In this document: positions 49,559 to 58,646 of the stretch, piece by piece | How positions within the stretch are numbered: position 1 is the first letter of the stretch | How the letters are laid out: every line of letters starts with the position of its first letter | Source: an uncultured virus (IMG/VR IMGVR_UViG_3300035210_000116) | Lineage: Duplodnaviria > Heunggongvirae > Uroviricota > Caudoviricetes | Direction: 5' to 3' (one strand) | Length of the DNA: 64,000 nt | Virus record (IMG/VR): IMGVR_UViG_3300035210_000116 | Translations under genes and position numbers: made by a program | Notes under the pieces: model-generated | The model's database searches: none | Seen by the model: the letters and a program-made list of their open reading frames with translations, nothing else | What the model was told of the DNA's origin: nothing

Positions 49559-50425
49559 TTATATTGCCATTTTCATAGGATGTGATAATTTAGGATGTGG
49601 ATCATAGTTGTTAAACCAACACCATTGTTCGAGAGGAATTGTAGTCTGTTCAAGAAAATGTAAATCTGAGCATCTAGGATGAATAATTAGAGTCGGTTGC
49701 TTTCTTGGTTCTCGTTTAATTTGTTCGGTCAATGCTTCAATGTGATTAACATAAATATGATAGTTAAAAGCAAAGTATAATAACTTACCAAAGTTATGGC
49801 CAGTTATTTGTGCCATTATAGCTAGTAACCAAGCATATTGTGTTACATTGAACGGCATTCCAAGTCCAACATCATTAGAACGAACATACACAAAAAGATC
49901 TAACTTATCTTCGCGCAAACCAAATTGGTAAAACATATGGCAAGACGGTAAGGCCATCATATTTAGTTCTCCTGGATTCCAATAAGAAACTATTTCTCGC
50001 CTATTATCGATTCCAGCACAAAGATCTTCGTAGACTTTTGTAACTTGATCTACAGAATACCCTTTACTATCTGTACGCCATTTTCTACCCTGAACGCCAT
50101 AAATTCTTCCTAAATCATCTACACCTTTTCGATGAAAATTATTTAACCACGTATCATTTTTATTGGCGTTAGCATCCCAGACTTTAGTACCTAAAGTTCT
50201 AAAGTCGGCAGCATTATCATATCCGCGAATAAAACCTAATTGTTCAGCAAACGCCGATTTCCAAGCAATAGGTTTTGTTGTTAGAATAGGAAACCCTTCT
50301 GCAAGATTAAACTCTAGCAGTATTCCTAACTTATACAAAGTATCTATGCCGGTACGATTGCTAGCTCGCAATCCTGTAGCTAAAATGTCGCTCACTAAGG
50401 CTATATAGGCATTATCAAAATTCAT
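49559..50425 (-). CDS. thyA: Thymidylate synthase
   Basis: RTG, LGRIYGVQ, ALPSCH, RSNDVGLGMPFN, HIYVNH; AAGGAG RBS before ATG at 50425. Confidence 0.95.
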   Translation of the reverse strand: MNFDNAYIALVSDILATGLRASNRTGIDTLYKLGILLEFNLAEGFPILTTKPIAWKSAFAEQLGFIRGYDNAADFRTLGTKVWDANANKNDTWLNNFHRKGVDDLGRIYGVQGRKWRTDSKGYSVDQVTKVYEDLCAGIDNRREIVSYWNPGELNMMALPSCHMFYQFGLREDKLDLFVYVRSNDVGLGMPFNVTQYAWLLAIMAQITGHNFGKLLYFAFNYHIYVNHIEALTEQIKREPRKQPTLIIHPRCSDLHFLEQTTIPLEQWCWFNNYDPHPKLSHPMKMAI

Positions 50426-50466
50426 ATAAAACTCCTTGGTAGGCCATCCCTGGCCCAAAGTTCCGA

Positions 50467-51276
50467 TCAATAGTAATCGGAGTCTAGGTCCTGCTCGTCA
50501 TCCTCTTCGTAATTCGGATCCAAGCTGCCACCATAGTTGATTCTGGCCTCATTGAAGTGACCAACCACCTCATCGGTGATGTCCGTAAGAACTTCATACC
50601 CACGACAACGAAGTTTCGAATCGTTGTAATCCGTAGGAATAGTTCCAACGTCTTCAGGCCCAATAGCAACAGCCACGATCCTATCACCATCGTTATAGTA
50701 TGTACGCAGATAGTCTCTAGAACATGCATGATAGCCACGTGAACATGTGACGTTTGGGTCAGTGTCGACCTTAGACCAGTCCAACTTTGGAACTACCGTA
50801 CCCGGAGCGTTCGAGATAGCTTTAGTACGCTTGTCCGAATAATCATTGCAGACAATCTTGAAAGCCAGAAACCGGCCATCAGGTAAGATTGGCATCTTTG
50901 TAACTTCCATGAAGCGGAACATCCGTGAACGAGTATCATGGCTAGGATTCTCAAACAGCCGTTTGATGAAATTAACGACTGGTTCGTAATTACCATCGTC
51001 GATAGCAGCACGAAGATAAACCGCCAGATCCATGGCAATCGGAGTACCCAGATAGGTATATCCACCGCCAGAAGTCTCGATGCCTTCTTCAACCAGCTTA
51101 AGGAATAAATCCTCAGCCCGACCTTTGATGCTCAGCAGTTGTTTCAGTTCTTCCTCATCTTGCTCAAACAGAGCTTCTTTAACGGCAGCAAACCGTCTGT
51201 CAGAACATGAGACAGGGTAAGGAACGCCGTCTAGGACGATGATAACCTCGTCATCTCTTTTAATATAATTGATCAT
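50467..51276 (-). CDS. rIIB: rIIB-like protein
   Basis: DGRFLAFK, VDTDPNVTCSRGYH, IPTDYNDSKLRCRGYEV. Confidence 0.85.
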   Translation of the reverse strand: MINYIKRDDEVIIVLDGVPYPVSCSDRRFAAVKEALFEQDEEELKQLLSIKGRAEDLFLKLVEEGIETSGGGYTYLGTPIAMDLAVYLRAAIDDGNYEPVVNFIKRLFENPSHDTRSRMFRFMEVTKMPILPDGRFLAFKIVCNDYSDKRTKAISNAPGTVVPKLDWSKVDTDPNVTCSRGYHACSRDYLRTYYNDGDRIVAVAIGPEDVGTIPTDYNDSKLRCRGYEVLTDITDEVVGHFNEARINYGGSLDPNYEEDDEQDLDSDYY

Positions 51277-53465
51277 GTTGTAGATTTTTCTCCGATTAAT
51301 TGATTGTTAATACGTTCCGCTGCTTTTAAAGCCCTAACAGCTTGGGCATTTTTTGACTTTGCTCCTGTTGGTTTGTTATTAGTAAATTCTGCTACCTGTT
51401 CAGCCCAGGTAGAAACCGCTGTAAACAGAATATCATTTCCATTATAACCCCAACCACGAGTAGTCGGAAACTTCACGGCAATATCGTCGATGCGAGCCTT
51501 GATCAAAAGATTATTAGGTCCTCTAATTACTGGCGCTTTCTGAATTCCGTACTTATTACAGAGTGCTTCAAAACGAATTAACCAATCCGCTGGACCGTAC
51601 GCTTTAACTGTCTGCAAGTTGGATCCGTAGCCAATGACATTATTAACCTGAAGCGAATGAAAAAAGCTTCTGCGTTGTACATAGGCAGACTTTAAAAAAG
51701 CATCAATCCATACATCAAGTTCAGAAAGTGGCTTGAAGGCTTTCTCGACAGTCTTAGTTCCACGAGATGCCGGAAGCCCGATGATTACTGGGCGCTTATA
51801 CTCTGGAATAAGATCTTTAAATTCTAAAAATCTCATAAGTATAGCCGCCCCTACGCCATCGACACACCCAACTCTTGTAGCGACCCAGTAGACCTCTTTT
51901 TTTAGAGCCTTAAGAGATTGGATATTATGCGTAGCTGAATTCCAATCAACTTTGTGCTCACCTGAAGAAAGTCCATTATACACAAGGATATTATGTTTTG
52001 GATCTTGTATAGACTTTACAACTACTCTTGTTCGTCTCATTCGCTCGACCGCGGGAGACCTACTTAAAGCCTCTTCATCTCGCTCTTTTCTAAATGCTGC
52101 AACTTCTGCATCAAGATCCCATACTGGGAATTTATTAAGGATATCAAGAATCTGTGGATCTGTACCATACTCTTTGTCGATTACTAGTAAAGTAGTTTTT
52201 TTAGGGAAATCTGCTGGAAATTCATAATACCTACGCCCACTACCAAGATAATCAGTCAGATCAAACTGAATAAGCTTTGCAACATAAATAGGTTCTGTTT
52301 GTTCGGAATGCCTATGAATAAGATCTAAGTAGTTATTTGATTGGTTTGGAACCTCCGTCTTTTCCCAATAATGCTTGGACTCGTGCTGACGAATATATCT
52401 AGCACGAACTTTCAGGTTCGCTTTATCTTCGGGGAGAGTACCAAGTAATCGATACCTAAAAGTATCTTGCTCGAAATCAAGCTCCTCTTCAGCGAATAAT
52501 TTATTGATGCCACGTTGTAGATCAGCCAAAAAGGTACTAATTGCACGCGGAGTAACGTTTACATACTCTCTACTTGGATGTACAGGATATTCTCCAATAG
52601 AAGAAAGTATTTCAACGTGGTTGTTCTTGGTGATATTATCGACGATGCTAACCGCATTAACAGTTTTACCACCGATATTCAATGTGAGACTTTTTGCCTG
52701 AATAAAATCCTTGACGGTCTTCAATTCCATTTTATAGGCGACAAATCCCATGATTATGGAAATACCATTTCCGGCGCGCAAAGTTATAGGACCAAGTACT
52801 TGCTCTGCGTGTAGTTCCAAATCTTTGAAGACAATTCCATGTTGATCACCGAGTAGAACATACTTTTCTTTTGGAATCCTTGGAAGGATATTAAGCGCAG
52901 CTTGTCTAAATTGGATATAATCATTCGAACTCGACGTTGTGTATTGGACCTTGATTCCTGTCGATTCCGTAGTATCGATACACGATATGAGATCCACACA
53001 AGGTAGATTATCTTCATTGTAATACACAATGTAGATTCTAGCCTTTGTTCCACCATCCTCATTATGATATGAAGTAACAGTAAAGGACGTTGTGTAAGCT
53101 AGTGGACTCTTAGTACCAAGACCAAGGCCACCATGTACTTCATTACTACCACGTCTACTACTATTACCATAGTCGAGGTATATCGCCATGAAGTCTTCAT
53201 GAGACAACCCAGTACCAAAGTCGCGGATTGAAAACTGCTCCTGCCAAATAGTTGGAAGCAGAATCTCAACTGGTCGGTCTACGCAAGATTCAATGTGCGC
53301 ATCTAACGCATTGATAAGCACTTCTCGAAACGGACTCTCCACATTTTTTTGGTACAAATCTTTTGATAAGACGTGCAAAATGACAGGATTAAGTGAAATA
53401 CTCGCTACTTTATGGTCTAGAACTTCAGAAGTTTGAACTGCGCTTTTGAGCGCGTTTACTATCAT
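51273..53465 (-). CDS. rIIA: rIIA-like protein (N-terminal GHKL ATPase)
   Basis: REVLINALDAH, IRDFGTGLS, GGLGLGTKSPLAY; adjacent to rIIB. Confidence 0.85.
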   Translation of the reverse strand: MIVNALKSAVQTSEVLDHKVASISLNPVILHVLSKDLYQKNVESPFREVLINALDAHIESCVDRPVEILLPTIWQEQFSIRDFGTGLSHEDFMAIYLDYGNSSRRGSNEVHGGLGLGTKSPLAYTTSFTVTSYHNEDGGTKARIYIVYYNEDNLPCVDLISCIDTTESTGIKVQYTTSSSNDYIQFRQAALNILPRIPKEKYVLLGDQHGIVFKDLELHAEQVLGPITLRAGNGISIIMGFVAYKMELKTVKDFIQAKSLTLNIGGKTVNAVSIVDNITKNNHVEILSSIGEYPVHPSREYVNVTPRAISTFLADLQRGINKLFAEEELDFEQDTFRYRLLGTLPEDKANLKVRARYIRQHESKHYWEKTEVPNQSNNYLDLIHRHSEQTEPIYVAKLIQFDLTDYLGSGRRYYEFPADFPKKTTLLVIDKEYGTDPQILDILNKFPVWDLDAEVAAFRKERDEEALSRSPAVERMRRTRVVVKSIQDPKHNILVYNGLSSGEHKVDWNSATHNIQSLKALKKEVYWVATRVGCVDGVGAAILMRFLEFKDLIPEYKRPVIIGLPASRGTKTVEKAFKPLSELDVWIDAFLKSAYVQRRSFFHSLQVNNVIGYGSNLQTVKAYGPADWLIRFEALCNKYGIQKAPVIRGPNNLLIKARIDDIAVKFPTTRGWGYNGNDILFTAVSTWAEQVAEFTNNKPTGAKSKNAQAVRALKAAERINNQLIGEKSTT

Positions 53466-53788
53466 TGTAGTTTGCTCTCATCGAAAGGAGGAAAAAATGT
53501 CTTCACAGTCTCAACTTGCATTTTTCCTGCAAGGAAATACCGAATCCAGATTGTTCCTTTCGGTTCTTCATGACTATAGACAGTGAGTAGGTGCGTTGGA
53601 AATACATCGGATACTTTCCTCATGTCAGGAACTAAAGTATCCCACCAAGTATCACCCTGATTCTTTGCGAACATATCTTCGCACTCAGGACACTCCCTGA
53701 TTCGTTCAACGATTTTTAGCCGAGTGTCCTTATCAGTATCAGGAGTGAATTTTATCTTATATTTGATGTAACTTATCTCTTTGTTCAT
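53462..53788 (-). CDS. Hypothetical protein
   Basis: 108-aa ORF in operon. Confidence 0.6.
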   Translation of the reverse strand: MNKEISYIKYKIKFTPDTDKDTRLKIVERIRECPECEDMFAKNQGDTWWDTLVPDMRKVSDVFPTHLLTVYSHEEPKGTIWIRYFLAGKMQVETVKTFFPPFDESKLQ

Positions 53789-53804
53789 GTTTATTTTGCC
53801 ATAA

Positions 53805-54224
53805 TTAGGAAATTTGATTTCCTGTAAGACACTTCGATAAATAATCTGCTAAGGTCTTTATAGGAAGAAAAAGGTTAATCATTGGGTCAAAGCTAAATGG
53901 ATAAGGCAGAAGACAGGCGATTGTTGTACGCCCCATACCTGATCCCACTAAAACCCTTACTTTTTGATTATTTTTGTTAGCCCGCTCTAACCAAAGTCGT
54001 TGGGCGATCCATGATTTTGTGTTACAGATATCAGCAGGTAATACAACCTCAGTCCAAGGAATTTCGATCCATTTGTGCTCAATCCAGAATATGCAAGAAG
54101 AACCCTCATAAAGAAAATCTGGTGTACCAGAACGAAATGGATTATTCATTTTCTCAAAGTAGACATCCTTGTCTAACTTTGAATTGAATAGCCGAGAAAA
54201 TCTAGTCTCAGGTTTCCCAGCCAT
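53805..54224 (-). CDS. PD-(D/E)xK (VRR-NUC-like) nuclease
   Basis: PE...SGTPD...WIEHK...Q..WL. Confidence 0.7.
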   Translation of the reverse strand: MAGKPETRFSRLFNSKLDKDVYFEKMNNPFRSGTPDFLYEGSSCIFWIEHKWIEIPWTEVVLPADICNTKSWIAQRLWLERANKNNQKVRVLVGSGMGRTTIACLLPYPFSFDPMINLFLPIKTLADYLSKCLTGNQIS

Positions 54225-54384
54225 TCTCTGCTTCTTCGCCTTTGTAGTACTCCTTCAAGGCATCGTCATACCATTTCCAGTTATCACCTCCGCCACGCTC
54301 AAGAGCTTCAAGTTTTCTACTGTCATCAATGAGTTTTTTGTACTCACTATCTTCTAGAACAATTTGTTGCGTTAATTTGATCAT
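54208..54384 (-). CDS. 58-aa phage protein
   Basis: MIKLTQQ...LEALERGGGDNWKWYDDAL, resembles the common phage GVDNW motif; fills the gap with overlaps. Confidence 0.55.
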   Translation of the reverse strand: MIKLTQQIVLEDSEYKKLIDDSRKLEALERGGGDNWKWYDDALKEYYKGEEAENGWET

Positions 54385-54761
54385 ATTGCTGTAGCCTTCT
54401 CAAAAGAGCGTCTTAGATCTTCATCTTCCTCACTTTCCTCTCTATCTAAATCTCCTAGAAGATAGCCACCAGGTGGTTCCCACTGCTCACCTTGTTTAAA
54501 CTGCTCAAACAGTTCTGCTACCTCTTCAGTTTCTTGAATCGGGAGCACTTGTGGCGAAGAAGAACTTTCTCTTTGATATTTTTGCCAGGCGAGGAGTACC
54601 TTTTTGTATTGAGTCTTTAATTTCGGTGTTTGAGTATAACCGTCGATAAAGATGTCAATTTCTTCGGTATCAACTTTGCTAAGCTCATGCAGTAGCATTT
54701 CGCGCTCAGTTGAGAAACTGGTACCATCGTCGGCAACCCAAACTATTGTAGATTTACCCAT
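54381..54761 (-). CDS. Hypothetical protein
   Basis: WVADDGTSF N-terminus, acidic tail. Confidence 0.6.
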   Translation of the reverse strand: MGKSTIVWVADDGTSFSTEREMLLHELSKVDTEEIDIFIDGYTQTPKLKTQYKKVLLAWQKYQRESSSSPQVLPIQETEEVAELFEQFKQGEQWEPPGGYLLGDLDREESEEDEDLRRSFEKATAI

Positions 54762-54763
54762 GT

Positions 54764-55600
54764 TTAGCGCTCCCGAGCCTTTCTAATTATCTCTGGTTCA
54801 GTATTAGCATTACTAGGTTCAACCGGAATACCACGCTTGTATGCATCAATCGCACGAGCCGTAAGCATATCAGTTGCTTCATCAAGCCGGTTCGCCAGGT
54901 TTGTAATAAGTTCTCTGCTGACAGGGCTTGTTGCGACGAATTCTTGTGCCCACTTATCTTTCTCACCCATACTAAATCGGACATATACAGTAATAGTATG
55001 ACCAAATTTGGCATTGATGGTTGCTAGGAAGCCATCAGCAACTTTAGCATTGGCTTTCTTAGCCTCAAGGAGAAGAAAGTCTTCTCCAACTGCTGGAACA
55101 TAAACAGCGAGAAGGACATGCTCAGAGCATTCCTTACCACGGCCTTTACCGCCTTTGTCTGAACCCCATTCGAATTTGCTGCATGGAGTACCACATGGCC
55201 CAGCACAATATGGCGCTATTACAGAAGCATGAGGGGATAGATTTTCGTTCTTTGCATCAAACGCTCCTTCAAGGATCGCAAAGCAGTCCACTGGATTGTT
55301 CTTACCTTCTTCATAGGATCCTGCATAATGAATGTTGCAGTGCTTTGCAGCGACAATAATACCCGTGAAAGACTGTGTCTCAGTACTATCAGCATCAGGT
55401 AAAATGAACGCCTTAGCATCAAGGCGAATTTTATTAATGGTTATAGCAGCCGAGTTTTTCAGTTGCTCAGAGTATGATGCAATCTTGCGTTGAAGTGCTT
55501 CAGGGAGAAAAGTTAAAGAAAAGACTTCATCGACAGGAGCCAGTTCATTAGCTGAGATTAGATCAGTAATATCTGTCATATAGTTTCCTATGTTGTTCAT
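54764..55600 (-). CDS. Hypothetical replication-module protein, possibly ssDNA-binding
   Basis: YEEGKNNPVDC...CSKFEWGS..GRGKEC pattern; context. Confidence 0.5.
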   Translation of the reverse strand: MNNIGNYMTDITDLISANELAPVDEVFSLTFLPEALQRKIASYSEQLKNSAAITINKIRLDAKAFILPDADSTETQSFTGIIVAAKHCNIHYAGSYEEGKNNPVDCFAILEGAFDAKNENLSPHASVIAPYCAGPCGTPCSKFEWGSDKGGKGRGKECSEHVLLAVYVPAVGEDFLLLEAKKANAKVADGFLATINAKFGHTITVYVRFSMGEKDKWAQEFVATSPVSRELITNLANRLDEATDMLTARAIDAYKRGIPVEPSNANTEPEIIRKARER

Positions 55601-55629
55601 TGTTTGAAAACGTCCTTGTTGTAATGGTA

Positions 55630-56352
55630 CTATCTATGTACTTGGTTAATTCGAGTTTTCGTCACGACGACAATTCCAGGAATAGAATAAAATGTTTCTA
55701 ATTCCTCTAAGACTCCTTCTTTCAATCGATTTGCCAAGGTTAATGCCAGTAGCTTGGTTCCGAAAACTTCTTGTGGCGGTTTATCGTCCATATTTTCGTA
55801 TAGTTTACAAAAAACTGCCGCACAAGATTCAGCATCATACTCGGCTGCCTCGAGAAAGTCCAGAAATTCTTTTTTTTCCAGCGCGAAAATTGCGAGTTCC
55901 TCTTGAATGGTTTTTACAGCGACTCGTTTTTGATACAAATACAGTTTATGGGTCCTTAAAACGTACCGTTCGAAAGCTGTTTGATCATCGATTTGCGGAT
56001 AATTGAAGTCCCTTGACTTAGAGATTGTGTAAGTTGAGGTCTTAGTACCCTCAGATTTTCTTTCGTCGAACCTCTCAAGAAACTCCTGATCGATGGAGTC
56101 CCGCTCGGCACGAAGAGCTTCACTTGCACGTTCGCAGATTGCGATTTCTCCTTTAATGGCATATCTACGAGTAGCTAGCCATTCATCATCTCGATCAGCT
56201 AGTAAAGGTGCTTTTTTGGCCTCAAATTCTTGCTCTGGAGCAGATACAGGAACTGAATTTAAAACAGCCATGACTGGTTGTTGCGTCAATTTTGCAAAAG
56301 AGAAAAGATCCTCTACGAATGAGTCAGAAAATAAATCAGGTTTTTCCAACAT
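55630..56352 (-). CDS. Hypothetical protein
   Basis: AGGAG RBS; 240-aa ORF. Confidence 0.6.
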   Translation of the reverse strand: MLEKPDLFSDSFVEDLFSFAKLTQQPVMAVLNSVPVSAPEQEFEAKKAPLLADRDDEWLATRRYAIKGEIAICERASEALRAERDSIDQEFLERFDERKSEGTKTSTYTISKSRDFNYPQIDDQTAFERYVLRTHKLYLYQKRVAVKTIQEELAIFALEKKEFLDFLEAAEYDAESCAAVFCKLYENMDDKPPQEVFGTKLLALTLANRLKEGVLEELETFYSIPGIVVVTKTRINQVHR

Positions 56353-56638
56353 TTCCTACTCCTAGTAGTTTGGATTGATTTATCTTAAGTGCTTTAGCTA
56401 GTAAGCTAAAGTTATCATCAGCCGGAAAATACTTCGCAGCTAAGTAACCACGAATAGTGCTTACTGGAATCCCTGAAGCAAGAGCTAGTTGATTTACAGT
56501 AGTCTTTTTCAATAACATATATCTAGCAAGTTCTGCGCTAAAAATAGCTAGTGCTGGTGGTATATTACATACTCTTGGTTTAGGTCCCAACACGCGCGGC
56601 ATTGGCCACACTGATTTTGTTGGTAGCGGGACGGACAT
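56336..56638 (-). CDS. XRE-family helix-turn-helix protein
   Basis: TVNQLALASGIPVSTIRGY...P..DNFSLLAKAL. Confidence 0.7.
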   Translation of the reverse strand: MSVPLPTKSVWPMPRVLGPKPRVCNIPPALAIFSAELARYMLLKKTTVNQLALASGIPVSTIRGYLAAKYFPADDNFSLLAKALKINQSKLLGVGNVGKT

Positions 56639-57273
56639 ATATGGGCATCCTTTATTGGTTCATTGTTCTTGACGTTATAAACAGCGGAGTTTACAACTCC
56701 AACTATTGTCGTTGTTTGTTTCTCGTTTATTTTGGTCGACGAGATTCGTATTGTGAGATTTGGAGCAATCTGTTTACTTAGCGCTGAGACATAGTTCCTT
56801 TGTTGAGTTGGAAGCCATACGTTTACATAAGGTTCTATGTTCCAAGCGATTTGATTAATATCCTCCATCATCTGAGTTGATTGAACATCGCCCGAATCAA
56901 AGAAACGAAAGTATTGATATTTATCTGCTAGATATAGCAGTCGTATACTCATTAAAATAACCCAATCCTTGTCATTTTTCCAACCATAGTAGCGATTATG
57001 CAAGGCGCTTTTGACCGTTTCAAAGGAGTACCTTCCTTTTAACGCATAACATGTGGAACAAGGAGTTCCAGGAATTTTGCGCAAGGTAGATCCAACTTGG
57101 CATTTAGTTGCAGAGATGGACCACGAGGGTCCTGGCATCTTTGAAGTGAAACTGAGAGTTCCGATCCGTTTATCGATCTCTTCAAGTATTTTTGTTTTCG
57201 ATGTTGCTTGTAAGTTAGTTTGTAAGGTTGTCTGTAAAGCAGTAATTTTGCGATTTACAGGCGTATCTTCGAT
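56548..57273 (-). CDS. GP88-like Cys-rich protein (probable non-canonical ATC start)
   Basis: SKMPG..C...CSTCYALKGRY, FRFFDSGD, CGQCRAC; frame open 45 codons upstream of the ATG, to an ATC after GAGGAG. Confidence 0.65.
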   Translation of the reverse strand: MEDTPVNRKITALQTTLQTNLQATSKTKILEEIDKRIGTLSFTSKMPGPSWSISATKCQVGSTLRKIPGTPCSTCYALKGRYSFETVKSALHNRYYGWKNDKDWVILMSIRLLYLADKYQYFRFFDSGDVQSTQMMEDINQIAWNIEPYVNVWLPTQQRNYVSALSKQIAPNLTIRISSTKINEKQTTTIVGVVNSAVYNVKNNEPIKDAHICPSRYQQNQCGQCRACWDLNQEYVIYHQH

Positions 57274-57341
57274 AGTATTCTCCTCAACTGGCGACTAGCT
57301 GATATATTTGGTCTTTACTTTCCTAGATAGACGATTCGTGA

Positions 57342-57505
57342 TGTATAGAGGAACTAGATAGGACTCGAACCTATTTGATCGGGGCATATTGAATTATCCA
57401 ATAGTACACATGTGCACTGTGTAGTATCCTTTCTTTCGTTACCTGTTCCGAGACGGTCAGTAATCCGTTCTGCCTACCCATAGCCGTTACAAGTTCCTCT
57501 ATGCA
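57342..57505 (-). ncRNA. tRNA-like RNA E (long closing stem plus T-arm)
   Basis: TGCATAGAGGAACT/AGTTCCTCTATACA; ATAGG-TTCGAGT-CCTAT. Confidence 0.55.
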
Positions 57506-57516
57506 CCATAAAGGGA

Positions 57517-57686
57517 AGGTCAACCTAGGAATCGAACCTAGTATAACAGAGATCGTTATGCACTTGATCTCCACTGCTATCCTGTTTGCCCGGGCCCCTT
57601 CCGCACCCTGTCTCTTTCCATAAGATGACCCAAATACAAATGCTATTACCTGGCCAGATAATTCGCTTTGTACCAAGATGTTGACC
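57517..57686 (-). ncRNA. tRNA-like RNA D (~170 nt)
   Basis: Acceptor GGTCAAC/GTTGACC; T-arm CTAGG-TTCGATT-CCTAG. Confidence 0.6.
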
Positions 57687-57691
57687 ATAAT

Positions 57692-57757
57692 TGGTGGACA
57701 ATAGCGGTGTCGAACCGCTTATTCCTACGTGATAGGAAGTATTCCCGATAATTGCCC
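57692..57757 (-). ncRNA. 66-nt D-stem-less tRNA-like RNA C with Ala identity elements
   Basis: GGGCAAT/ATTGTCC-A-CCA (G3.U70, A73); T-arm AGCGG-TTCGACA-CCGCT. Confidence 0.65.
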
Positions 57758-57767
57758 ATAGTTTGAT

Positions 57768-57848
57768 TGGTTGACACTGGTGGATTCGAACCACCACCTC
57801 CCCCGCGTTAAGCTTAAACGCGTGGGAAAGACTTCCCAAAGAGTGCCA
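57768..57848 (-). ncRNA. 81-nt tRNA-like RNA B with G3.U70
   Basis: TGGCACT/AGTGTCA-A-CCA; T-arm GGTGG-TTCGAAT-CCACC; hairpin CGCGTT-TAAGCTT-AACGCG. Confidence 0.65.
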
Positions 57849-57852
57849 GTAT

Positions 57853-58060
57853 TGATCTCCAGTACGGGAGTCGAACCCGTTATAGACTATACTGCGTGCA
57901 TTACTTCGCAGCGAACACTGAGATTAAAACGCGCATCATCGAAACTAACTCGTCTCTGGGCTAGCCACTGCACCTGCAAAATCCCTCAGTTTCCTAAAGT
58001 CATCGCTTTTTCGCTTCACCTCTTCGTTTTTAGGCGGCGGTACCATTTGCCTTACTGGAG
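57853..58060 (-). ncRNA. tRNA-like RNA A (~205 nt) with large central insertion
   Basis: Acceptor CTCCAGT/ACTGGAG; D-arm GGC-AAATGGTACC-GCC; T-arm ACGGG-TTCGACT-CCCGT. Confidence 0.65.
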
Positions 58061-58065
58061 TTAAT

Positions 58066-58139
58066 TGGCGGGTCAGCAGGGAATCGAACCCCAGTCAGTA
58101 GTTTTGGAGACTACTACTTTGCCACTAAGCTACAAACCC
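58066..58139 (-). tRNA. trnW: tRNA-Trp (CCA)
   Basis: GGGTTTGTAGCTTAGTGGCAAAGTAGTAGTCTCCAAAACTACTGACTGGGGTTCGATTCCCTGCTGACCCGCCA folds as a cloverleaf with encoded CCA. Confidence 0.9.
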
Positions 58140-58401
58140 TGAAAGCTTCTTCATTATCACGACATTTAATAACGTCATCCCAGTCGACCCATTTTCCGCT
58201 ATCTCGATCAAAGATATCATAACAACCTACTTTTTCAAGGTTTACTTCTCTGTTATCTGCTTCTTTATCTTCCTTAGCAAGAGCTTCGATATCCTCCCAT
58301 TTGACCCAGTCTCCTATTGTGTCTTGAATGGATTCCCAATGGCATCCATATTCTAAACCGTAGGCGGCAATATCGTATCTGTCAAGTTGTTCAATTTGCA
58401 T
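58114..58401 (-). CDS. Hypothetical protein, paralog of the next gene; 3' end overlaps tRNA-Trp
   Basis: LDRYDI...GDWVKWEDI...DIFDRDSGKWVDWDD. Confidence 0.6.
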   Translation of the reverse strand: MQIEQLDRYDIAAYGLEYGCHWESIQDTIGDWVKWEDIEALAKEDKEADNREVNLEKVGCYDIFDRDSGKWVDWDDVIKCRDNEEAFRVCSLVAK

Positions 58402-58646
58402 TTCGTTTCACTTTGTTCTTTGATCCGGGTGGTCGACCCCTTTTCTTCTTTAAGACTGGCACAGATATCATCCCAGTCCAACCATCTGCGTCCTTCTCTG
58501 TCAAAGATATCACAGTATTCGAGTAGTTTGATAATTTTGGCGATATCTCTCCATTTGACAAAGTCTCCTCTTGAATCGGATTCTTCGGTCCAATAGACTC
58601 CATATTCTCCGTCGTCATAAGCATAAATATCGTATCTTTCAAGCAT
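58353..58646 (-). CDS. Hypothetical protein
   Basis: GAGG RBS; LERYDI...GDFVKWRDI...DIFDREGRRWLDWDD. Confidence 0.6.
   Translation of the reverse strand: MLERYDIYAYDDGEYGVYWTEESDSRGDFVKWRDIAKIIKLLEYCDIFDREGRRWLDWDDICASLKEEKGSTTRIKEQSETKCKLNNLTDTILPPTV

Noticed and set aside
57853..58060. tmRNA
   Set aside because: Too short, no G3.U70 acceptor and no evident tag reading frame
57371..58064. ORFs 57371..57688, 57525..57839 and 57771..58064
   Set aside because: They overlie the tRNA-like array and show no protein-like motifs or clear RBS
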